This document shows positions 1 to 7,344 of a stretch of DNA of 55,185 nt, piece after piece (within the stretch, counting starts at the first letter, position 1; every line of letters begins with the position of its first letter). The notes under the pieces are model-generated. The model saw nothing but the letters and a program-made list of their open reading frames with translations, searched no databases and was not told the DNA's origin. A program made the translations under genes and the position numbers. Origin of the DNA: Candidatus Kaiserbacteria bacterium (GTDB lineage: Bacteria > Patescibacteriota > Minisyncoccia > Phycocordibacterales > UBA918). The stretch lies in contig JAGQLY010000024.1 in assembly GCA_020428905.1 (NCBI GenBank), positions 1 to 55,185 of the forward strand, read 5' to 3'.

Positions 1-1640
1 CCACAAAGTTAACGCCGCACTTGTCACAGACGCGCTCAAAAGTGCGAAGGTTTTTTATCCATGCACGATACTTTTCTTTTAGTCTGCACATCGGGCATCT
101 TCGAGGAAGTGGGAGATTTCGTGCTTTCAAAAAAGATACCTCTGCAGGTACGATTCGGAACCCGCGTTCACATTCCGTACAGCCAACCACCTCACTGGTG
201 ATATTTTCGGGCGCATCCTTGATATGGTCTGGTAGGTCTGAAGCGGGAAGTGTCACCGGATGCTCGTTTGGTGCTGGTTCGCGAAAGCGATATCCGTTCG
301 CTTCCACCTCCTCTTTTGAAAGTGGGAATAAATCGTCAGCAACCGTTTCGTTGTATGCAAACGGTGATAGTTCAGTGGGAAAGAATTCACCGTATTTATA
401 TACTCGCCCGCCTTTGTCAGTGTATGGCATCTCGTCCATATGCCGCTTGATCTTGGGTGCCAGCTCCTCGTACTCTTCTTTTGAGTATCTCTTATTAAGG
501 ATCACATACTCACTCTTTTTCACAGACACAGAACCAAGCACATGAGATCCGCCGATGATGTCTTTGCAATATTCAGCATCAATAAGATTCATACCCGACT
601 CATAACAAAAGTGCATATCTGAAGAGTCCCCCCCCGCGGCGCACCCCTCGTAGGAACGTGAAAGATTTTCACCCCAAAACGAACAGTCGTAACACTCTGT
701 CACAGGGAAACCAAGCATCGCAAGCAGAAAGCGTGAATCTTCAGCATGGCTCACCTCCATGGAATCTTTAACGTTTTTACATTGAAATATATGTACCCCT
801 GTTGTGCCTTCGTTTCGTTCCGAAAAGACCGCCCTTGGTATCTGTGTACCCCAGTGATCCTCAACTTTTTGCTGTGTTTCTGTGTATATTTTGTATGAGC
901 CGAGATCAATCTCAGCGACCCGCTTTTCGTATTCGTCTTTGCTCAATTGTTCATTGAAAAACACACACTTCCCATTTTTTAAGTTTGCCGAGCCAAAACA
1001 GTCTGAACAGTTTGTGCAATCTCTTAGAAATGAAGAGTTAAATACACTCAGCAACTTGGCTACGCGTCCCCACACAGTTGCTACTCTTGTAAGTGTGCAT
1101 GCAGTCATAGAGATTATTACATTCAAGAATTGGTCCTGAATCTAAAATATCTGTAGATTTATTTACACCAAAACCAATCATGCCGTTTTCAACGTAACCA
1201 CTATCAAAAAGTAGGTAACAGTCTTTCAATTCGCCGGCATGATTACAGAAAGGAGAATTTTCAGTTGCGGGAATGTCGAGCGATAGCGCAAGTAGGGGAG
1301 CTTCTTTAAATAGTTCATTGAACTGCTCAAAAAATGGTCGAGAGAAGTCATATTCGCGCCCATATTCAAAGCCGTCCCATCCATCTCCCCACCAACATTT
1401 TGGACAGTACACCGTATAAGGAGCATCTGGTGAGTATCGAGACATCTTGTATTCACCACATAAATCACACTTCCGTTTGTATAATGTAAATAAGTTGTAA
1501 TACGATAGTCGTCGTAGTAGCCGGCATCCTGGACACCAAGTTGGAGGTGGAACAGCTATCTTTGTATAGAAATCAAAATCTTCAGGTTCAATAACGAAGT
1601 CAACTTTACAGTTCTGGCAGGTTTTGGTCTCTGGTCTCAC
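1..1640 (-). pseudogene. Cys-rich zinc-ribbon repeat protein (conserved hypothetical); reading frame broken once; 3' end runs off the window
   Basis: Track ORF 1038..1640 has a GTG start at 1638-1640 and CxxC...CPGC and CDLC...CPKC pairs. It stops at TAA 1038-1040. My hand translation of the minus strand one nt out of frame stays open from ~1075 down to position 1. That frame continues the same architecture: ..SVFNSSFLRDCTNCSDCFGSANLKNGKCVFFNEQLSKDEYEKRV..FQCKNVKDS..CYDCSFWGENLSRSYEGC..PFAYNETVADDLFPLSKEEVEANGYRF..CTECERGFRIVPAEVSFLKARNLPLPRRCPMCRLKEKY.. The N- and C-terminal zinc-ribbon modules mirror each other, so one gene with a frame change is the best reading. Confidence 0.55.
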
Positions 1641-1684
1641 AGTTCTTTTATACTAGCACACCCCTCCCATTTTCACCCCTTCGG

Positions 1685-1728
1685 CCACGTATACCATAGG
1701 CTACAGGTGTGGCTTCTGGTATACGTGG
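1685..1728. repeat. Inverted repeat, 12-bp perfect arms (CCACGTATACCA / TGGTATACGTGG), 20-nt spacer
   Basis: Checked base by base. It lies in the divergent intergenic region between the minus-strand zinc-ribbon gene and the plus-strand mini transcription unit. Function unknown (operator or RNA hairpin). Confidence 0.6.
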
Positions 1729-1768
1729 GTGGGATTTGTGTGAACATAACCAAGGGTCTTTGGAGGGG

Positions 1769-1797
1769 TTGCATTTATATAGCATATATGCTATACT
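1769..1797 (+). promoter_or_regulatory. Sigma70-like promoter TTGCAT-N17-TATACT overlapped by an 18-bp perfect palindrome
   Basis: TTGCAT at 1769-1774, a 17-nt spacer, TATACT at 1792-1797. The palindrome TATAGCATA|TATGCTATA (1778-1795) spans the spacer and -10. Confidence 0.5.
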
Positions 1798-1900
1798 ATA
1801 TATAGTTATTCTTTGCCCGCGTTTGCAGCAGCCGCACACTTTATAGCGGCCGGCTCCACTCTTCGTCATAGTGGGGTATGCATTCGCAATAAACACGGAT

Positions 1901-2047
1901 ATGTTTAGGGCAATTGGAGCGATACTGGTTATCTGGTATCTCTCCGGATTGTTTGCGGCAAGTTTCGCCGCTCTCGATAGTGCGGTGACAACAACACTGC
2001 ACACCTTCGAGGCAGCGCTCGAACGCTCGCAAACAATCCTCAGGTAA
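1901..2047 (+). CDS. Candidate 48-aa hydrophobic small protein (below the track size cutoff)
   Basis: ATG 1901 to TAA 2045-2047, giving MFRAIGAILVIWYLSGLFAASFAALDSAVTTTLHTFEAALERSQTILR. It has one predicted TM helix plus an amphipathic tail. The promoter at 1769-1797 precedes it and a terminator hairpin follows 6 nt after the stop. It could instead be a non-coding RNA. Confidence 0.4.
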   Translation: MFRAIGAILVIWYLSGLFAASFAALDSAVTTTLHTFEAALERSQTILR

Positions 2048-2053
2048 GAACAG

Positions 2054-2076
2054 GGCCGACGTACGTCGGCCTTTTG
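2054..2076. terminator. Intrinsic terminator hairpin GGCCGACGT|ACGTCGGCC followed by TTTTG
   Basis: 18-nt perfect palindrome 2054-2071 followed by a T-run. Confidence 0.7.
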
Positions 2077-2097
2077 TATTGTGATAGAATACTAGGT

Positions 2098-3165
2098 ATG
2101 GTTTCAAACAAGCTGGTTGAACACGTGTTCTTCTTCGGTCTCCTCGCGGGCGTTGCATTTTTGTTGTGGAAGATTATCTCACCGTTTGCAGCGACGCTCG
2201 CATTTGCGGCAATCTTAGTGACGATCTGTTTCCCGATTTATGAACAAATACTCAAACGTATTCCAAAACACAACACCAGCATTGCTGCCACACTCTCTGT
2301 TCTTGTGGTTATTGCTATTGTGGTAGCACCGCTAACTCTCTTGGGTTCTGTGTTGCTTAAAGAGGCCGTCTCTATCTACACGATGTTTAATGTGGGTAAT
2401 CAAATGTCACTCCAAAACTCAGTTGCGATTGTAGAACAGTTTTTCTCAAATAGTGTTCCGGGTTTTTCTATTGATATTGGTGGGTATGTAAGCCAAGTAG
2501 CAGCATCTACTGTACAAAATATCGGTGGAATATTTGCGGGCACTGCTTCTACAATTTTCTTGTTTTTTATTTCTCTAGTAAGCACCTTTTACTTTTTCAG
2601 AGACGGTAAAATATTCACCAGCATGCTGGTGCGTATTAGTCCTCTGCCAGATAATCAGGATGAAAAAATACTGGGACGGCTTGCGACCGCAGTACGTTCT
2701 GTGGCAGTCGGCTCTGTTTTGGTTGCACTTATACAAGGATGTTTGACGGGTCTTGGGTTGTGGATCTTCGGTTTCGATCGCGCGATTTTGTGGGGAAGCA
2801 TTGCTGCTATCGGGGCGCTTGTCCCGGGGGTCGGCACCGTAGTCGTTTTTATTCCGGCAGTACTGTTCTCAATTGTTACCGGTTCGTACGTGACAGCCAT
2901 TGGTGTCGCGCTTTGGGGGGCACTTGCTGTTGGCTTTATTGATAATCTTCTTGGTCCCTACCTCATGAGTCGCGGAAACAAAATGCACCCATTTCTCATT
3001 CTTTTGTCGGTGCTCGGCGGTATGTTACTTTTTGGCCCCATTGGCTTTATTATTGGTCCTGTGGTTACCAGTCTTTTTATCGTTCTTCTTGAGCTCTACT
3101 CGATGCATATCAGCACTAATGCACCCGAGTCCATAACACAACGCAGCAAAACCAAGAAAACATGA
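2098..3165 (+). CDS. AI-2E family (PerM/UPF0118) transporter
   Basis: Polytopic membrane ORF with the typical AI-2E layout. The start is moved to ATG 2098 (MVSNKL..), because the track start at 2074 overlaps the terminator. TGATAGAAT sits 7 nt upstream. Confidence 0.8.
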   Translation: MVSNKLVEHVFFFGLLAGVAFLLWKIISPFAATLAFAAILVTICFPIYEQILKRIPKHNTSIAATLSVLVVIAIVVAPLTLLGSVLLKEAVSIYTMFNVGNQMSLQNSVAIVEQFFSNSVPGFSIDIGGYVSQVAASTVQNIGGIFAGTASTIFLFFISLVSTFYFFRDGKIFTSMLVRISPLPDNQDEKILGRLATAVRSVAVGSVLVALIQGCLTGLGLWIFGFDRAILWGSIAAIGALVPGVGTVVVFIPAVLFSIVTGSYVTAIGVALWGALAVGFIDNLLGPYLMSRGNKMHPFLILLSVLGGMLLFGPIGFIIGPVVTSLFIVLLELYSMHISTNAPESITQRSKTKKT

Positions 3166-3575
3166 TACAGCGACGGCAGCTCGAGACTTTTCTGCGTATC
3201 AACCGCATCTCTACGGCGGAGTTTGACGAGGTTATTCGTACTGAATTGACTAAAGTACACTGGGACGAAGCCGACATTGCACTCGCACTCAGTCTCTTGC
3301 GCAACAAAGAAGAAAAACAACCAGACGGTGAAGGGACAATCGCCGGTCCATATCCCTCGATGCAACTTTCACCTGAAGCCATCTCGAGTATGCTCGGTGT
3401 GAATGTCTCGTTCCATAATAGGGAACTCAAAACGGGTGACGAAGAGGTGCTTGATGGGCAACCCGGTCGATCGGCGCTCGGTGTCTTACTCTTTGCGCTT
3501 GGGATCGTAGCACTCTGTGCTGTCGGTATTTCGTGGTACTTCAAGTTGGGTCCATTTAGTCACTTCGTTTGGTAA
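3162..3575 (+). CDS. Hypothetical protein with a C-terminal TM anchor
   Basis: 137-aa ORF with a 4-nt ATGA overlap with the upstream gene. It has one TM (GVLLFALGIVALCAVGISWYF). No motif recognised. Confidence 0.55.
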   Translation: MIQRRQLETFLRINRISTAEFDEVIRTELTKVHWDEADIALALSLLRNKEEKQPDGEGTIAGPYPSMQLSPEAISSMLGVNVSFHNRELKTGDEEVLDGQPGRSALGVLLFALGIVALCAVGISWYFKLGPFSHFVW

Positions 3576-3593
3576 GCACGCTTTGTCGGTAGT

Positions 3594-4616
3594 ATGTCTC
3601 GAGACCTCTTTCTTTCACTGCTCGCTGTTGTTGGGTTGTGTGTATTTGTAACGCCCGCTTTGGGCAGTACATCGCTTCCTGCACTTACGCTTGGTGCGCT
3701 CACTGATGATATTGAAGAAGGTAGCGCTATTTTTGTTGGTGATCTAATGTTAGGTCGTCACATTGAAACGCTGTCGAACGATCTCGGATACGAATACTTT
3801 TTTGAAGGAATTCGCGAGCGTGTCGCAAAGGCCGATCTTGCAGTAGGGAACTTTGAGGGGGCGCTAAGTACTCCGCACGTACATACACCCGACTTTGGTA
3901 TGCGACTTTCCATACCTGAAGAAGCGTTTTCGGCACTAGCTGAGACGGGCTTTGATGTGCTTTCGCTTGCAAATAACCACTCGTTTGATTATGGCGAAGA
4001 AGGGTACCGAGAGGCGCATGTTGCTTGCGCCAAGGCCGGTCTGCGGTGTAGCGGCAATCCGGAACGTGCAGACGGCTTTTCAACGACAGTTGCCGTGGTC
4101 GGTGATGTACGTATGGGCCTCATTATGCTTCATAGCACCGACACAAAGACAGCGCAGGTAGACATCGAGCACGCACTCGCAGCACTTACGGGTATCTCTG
4201 ATGTTCAGGTGCTCTTTGTCCACTGGGGAAATGAGTACGAGCTCGGGCACTCGGCTTTTCAGGAGGTTGTCGCACATGCCGCAATAGATGCGGGTGTTGA
4301 TCTTGTGGTAGGGCACCATCCGCACGTTGTGCAGGATGTTGAGCTCTATCAGGGAAAACTTATCGTGTATTCACTCGGCAATTTTATTTTTGATCAGTAC
4401 TTTAGTGATGCTGTCGAGGAAGGACTCCTCCTTGAGCTGGCGGTATCGTCGCAAGGATTCACATACACGTTGGTACCACTTGATCTAAAAACAGTGCGTA
4501 GCAGTCCACGCCCAATGGCGCAAAAGGATAGCGAGGCACTTCTCTCTCGTATCATTCCCAAAGATGTAAAAGCGGCTATTGTGGAAGGGGAGGCAACAAT
4601 CACACTTCCATACTAA
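3594..4616 (+). CDS. CapA/PgsA-family metallophosphoesterase-like protein
   Basis: Signal/TM N-terminus. Motifs SLANNHSFDYG, VHWGNEY, GHHPHV and SLGNFIFDQ are typical of PGA_cap proteins. Confidence 0.85.
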   Translation: MSRDLFLSLLAVVGLCVFVTPALGSTSLPALTLGALTDDIEEGSAIFVGDLMLGRHIETLSNDLGYEYFFEGIRERVAKADLAVGNFEGALSTPHVHTPDFGMRLSIPEEAFSALAETGFDVLSLANNHSFDYGEEGYREAHVACAKAGLRCSGNPERADGFSTTVAVVGDVRMGLIMLHSTDTKTAQVDIEHALAALTGISDVQVLFVHWGNEYELGHSAFQEVVAHAAIDAGVDLVVGHHPHVVQDVELYQGKLIVYSLGNFIFDQYFSDAVEEGLLLELAVSSQGFTYTLVPLDLKTVRSSPRPMAQKDSEALLSRIIPKDVKAAIVEGEATITLPY

Positions 4617-4678
4617 TGTCGATTGAGAATCGGGCCGGGCACGTCCACTCGTAGCTACGTATACCTGCGAAAGGCGTA

Positions 4679-4742
4679 TCCCAAACGCCACACACATAGT
4701 ATGATATACTAGTATATCATACTATGTGTGTGGCGTTTGGGA
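4679..4742. repeat. Perfect 64-bp palindrome (32-bp arms, no loop)
   Basis: TCCCAAACGCCACACACATAGTATGATATACT|AGTATATCATACTATGTGTGTGGCGTTTGGGA, verified block by block. It lies between capA-like and the FKBP gene. Confidence 0.95.
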
Positions 4743-4762
4743 GGGGCGGCTGTTCTTCCCAC

Positions 4763-4790
4763 TTGCGCATTTTAAATTCATCGTTATGAT
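4763..4790 (+). promoter_or_regulatory. Candidate promoter TTGCGC-N16-TATGAT for the FKBP-tgt unit
   Basis: Hexamers at 4763-4768 and 4785-4790, 26 nt upstream of ATG 4817. Confidence 0.35.
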
Positions 4791-4816
4791 ACCTGGATAC
4801 GAATAATCACTACAGT

Positions 4817-5356
4817 ATGAAAACTCTTACACCCTACGAAACGAAGGCCATCTTCCTCAGTGTCGCTGTGATGGCGGTAGCGCTTGCTATTGTGCGGTTC
4901 TACCCAGAAAAAGGCCTCGCACTCTTTTCAAACATTGAACCGCAGACACAGGTTGGTTCGATAGTGGTCGCTGATACCGATACGTCGGGGCTTCCGGGGG
5001 CGCTCCGAGACGCAGCGTCTCTCGACGGCGAGCTTCAGAGACTCGTTGTTGAAGACATTCGCATCGGTATAGGTGCGGCGGCTGTTGAGGGCGACACTGT
5101 TACTGTTGATTATGTTGGCTCGACACAAGATGGTGTGCAGTTTGATAATTCATACCAACGCGGAGAGCCGTTCACTTTCACTCTCGGCGAAAGGAAGGTT
5201 ATCCCGGGTTGGGAACAAGGTATTCTCGGTATGCGCACCGGCGGACAGCGTGTACTTGTTGTTCCCGCGGACTTGGCCTACGGCGACTATCAAGTTGGGC
5301 CGATCAAGGCAGGATCAACACTCGTGTTTGCCGTTGAGTTGCTCGCTATTGAGTAA
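4817..5356 (+). CDS. FKBP-type peptidyl-prolyl cis-trans isomerase, membrane-anchored
   Basis: N-terminal TM. FKBP core GDTVTVDYVG..DGVQFDNSY..PFTFTLG..VIPGWEQGILGM..G..R.LVVPADLAYG. Confidence 0.9.
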   Translation: MKTLTPYETKAIFLSVAVMAVALAIVRFYPEKGLALFSNIEPQTQVGSIVVADTDTSGLPGALRDAASLDGELQRLVVEDIRIGIGAAAVEGDTVTVDYVGSTQDGVQFDNSYQRGEPFTFTLGERKVIPGWEQGILGMRTGGQRVLVVPADLAYGDYQVGPIKAGSTLVFAVELLAIE

Positions 5357-6552
5357 TGGACACACCGGTTACATTTGAAGTGCTCAAACGCCAGCCGGGC
5401 TCACTCGCCCGCGCTGGTGTTTTGAAGACCCCACACGGTGACGTGGAAACACCGGCGTTTGTTGCGGTGGGAACAAAGGGAACAGTGAAATCGCTCACCC
5501 CCGAAGACCTGACTGATCTGGTAGGGGCACAGATTGCACTGGCAAACACATACCATCTGTACCTGCAACCCGGAGAAAAACTTATACACGAAGCGGGCGG
5601 TCTCCACTCATTTGCGCACTGGAACATGCCGACAATGACCGACTCCGGCGGTTTTCAGGTATTTTCGCTCGGAGTCGCATTCGAAAGCGGTGCGAAGAAA
5701 TTTGCTGCGGAGGATATCGTGCCGGATCCGGAACTCACCGTGTATTCAAAAGAAATTGCGCAATCACATGGCAAGCTCTGCACAGTTGATGAGGACGGTG
5801 TGACGTTTACTTCGCATCATGATGGTTCGATGCATCGCTTCACGGCAGAACGTTCTATCGAAATACAGCACGCTATCGGTGCAGACATTATTGTTGCATT
5901 TGATGAATGTACGTCTCCTGATGCGCCGTATGAATATCAAAAGGAAGCAATGGAACGTACGCATAGATGGGCGAAACGTTCTGTATTGGCGCATAAGCAA
6001 AATTACGACGCACTCAAAAAACAGGGTCTGTACGGCGTGATACAAGGTGGGCGATATGCCGACCTTCGTACCGAAAGTGCTCAGACATTGAGAGAGATGG
6101 ATTTTGCCGGTTTTGGTATCGGTGGATCCTTCACTAAGGCAGATCTCGGTGAGTCACTTCGTGTTGTAAATGAACAGCTGCCCGAAGACAAACCACGACA
6201 TCTTCTTGGTATCGGTGAGCCGGAGGATATTGAAGCGGGTGTCAGAATGGGTTGTGACACCTTCGACTGTGTGGCACCAACACGTTTGGCGCGTACCGGA
6301 ACCATATATGCGACCGAACACGGTGTGCCAACGAAACGGCACCTGCTTAATAGCACATACCGGAGTGATCTGGGTAAGCCGGATCCAAGTTGTAATTGTT
6401 ATGTCTGTACCAACTACACCGCCGCCTACCTTGCACACCTTTTTAGAAGCAAGGAAATGCTGGCAGCACACTTGGCCTCTATCCATAATCTCTACTACAT
6501 AGTCAATTTCACGAAGCGTCTTCGGGAAGTTATCTTGAGCGGCAACTCGTAG
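5356..6552 (+). CDS. tgt: tRNA-guanine transglycosylase (queuine tRNA-ribosyltransferase)
   Basis: 398 aa. Motifs ARAG.L.TPHG..ETPAF, ANTYHL, TDSGGFQVFSL, and the zinc site CNCYVC..H. Confidence 0.95.
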   Translation: MDTPVTFEVLKRQPGSLARAGVLKTPHGDVETPAFVAVGTKGTVKSLTPEDLTDLVGAQIALANTYHLYLQPGEKLIHEAGGLHSFAHWNMPTMTDSGGFQVFSLGVAFESGAKKFAAEDIVPDPELTVYSKEIAQSHGKLCTVDEDGVTFTSHHDGSMHRFTAERSIEIQHAIGADIIVAFDECTSPDAPYEYQKEAMERTHRWAKRSVLAHKQNYDALKKQGLYGVIQGGRYADLRTESAQTLREMDFAGFGIGGSFTKADLGESLRVVNEQLPEDKPRHLLGIGEPEDIEAGVRMGCDTFDCVAPTRLARTGTIYATEHGVPTKRHLLNSTYRSDLGKPDPSCNCYVCTNYTAAYLAHLFRSKEMLAAHLASIHNLYYIVNFTKRLREVILSGNS

Positions 6553-6566
6553 TTTTTCTGGGGATA

Positions 6567-6830
6567 GTGCGCCTTGTGGTGCTGGGGGCAGTGATAACAT
6601 GGAGGTATATGGAATCCTGGTATGTCGTGTCTGGCCTCGGTTGGGTTGTTGCTATTTTCCACATTGCCCTTAATGGGTGTGTGTTGTTTGGATTTTCTTT
6701 CTTTCCTGAGACAGCTCCGGAACATGCATTCTTTCAAGGGGCGGTATACATAAATGTCATATTGCTCGGTATTCTTTTGTATGCTGAATTTAAACAAATT
6801 AAAATTTTCCGTGCACTCACAAAACAATGA
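6567..6830 (+). CDS. Possible small membrane protein (about 3 TM)
   Basis: 87-aa ORF with a GTG start and hydrophobic segments. No motif recognised. It overlaps the possible pilin starts. Confidence 0.4.
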   Translation: MRLVVLGAVITWRYMESWYVVSGLGWVVAIFHIALNGCVLFGFSFFPETAPEHAFFQGAVYINVILLGILLYAEFKQIKIFRALTKQ

Positions 6831-7323
6831 GCGTGGTTTTACACTGGTTGAGCTGCTTATTGTAATTGCTATTATAATGATTCTTGCACATCTAATTTTT
6901 CCTGTGCTTACTAAAGCGCGTGAGGCTGCGTACCTTGTGCGCGCAAAGCAGGAGTTTTTAAGCATCTACCAGTCATTGCAACAATATCGAAGTGAGTACG
7001 GAGAATTTCCTGACGACACAAACAGAAACATCCCGCCCGGATTGGAAGAATTTTTAGCCCCAGGCATTTGGCCTGATGCGGCTTGGCCGGGAAGTGTTTT
7101 TGACTGGGAGAATTGGGAAGACCCGGATGATTCAAGTAAACGCATCATGCAAATTAGTGTGCGTTTTTGCCCAATCGGACAGCCAAGTGAGTGTAAATTC
7201 CCCCAACAAGATTGGGCGAACAACTTTGATATAAATAGTGCGGTGTACTATTGCGTCGAGGGCGCTTGTCGATCACACATCAGTAAGCCCATCAATCATC
7301 CGGGCTATTGTGTGAACTGCTAG
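6781..7323 (+). CDS. Type IV pilin / pseudopilin-like protein with a prepilin N-terminal cleavage-methylation motif
   Basis: ..ERG|FTLVELLIVIAIIMILA.. class III signal motif. Possible starts are ATG 6754, ATG 6781 or GTG 6811; the last gives a 9-aa leader, MHSQNNERG. Cys-rich C-terminal globular part. Confidence 0.8.
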   Translation: MLNLNKLKFSVHSQNNERGFTLVELLIVIAIIMILAHLIFPVLTKAREAAYLVRAKQEFLSIYQSLQQYRSEYGEFPDDTNRNIPPGLEEFLAPGIWPDAAWPGSVFDWENWEDPDDSSKRIMQISVRFCPIGQPSECKFPQQDWANNFDINSAVYYCVEGACRSHISKPINHPGYCVNC

Positions 7324-7344
7324 TCTGCATGTATACTCGACCTC

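Noticed and set aside
21-545. Plus-strand ORFs 21..545, 250..450 and 882..1139 at the start of the window.
   Set aside because: They are antisense to the continuous minus-strand zinc-ribbon coding frame and have no motifs.
628-635. C8 (G8 on the coding strand) homopolymer inside the zinc-ribbon gene. I first read it as a second frameshift or phase-variation site.
   Set aside because: A careful block-by-block reverse complement shows exactly eight G and a continuous frame (..SYEGCAAGGDSSDMHFCYES..). My first pass had miscounted nine. Only the break near 1040-1075 stands.
1841-2158. Minus-strand Cys-rich ORF (..CLEGVQCCCHRTIESGETC..CPKHIRVYCECIPHYDEEW) that looked like a small zinc or metallothionein-like protein.
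   Set aside because: The ATG-initiated ORF would have to start inside the AI-2E gene and read through the 2054-2071 terminator hairpin, and no promoter is seen for it. The plus-strand unit has promoter, ORF and terminator in register. It is not fully excluded, because a TTG-initiated 62-aa version is possible.
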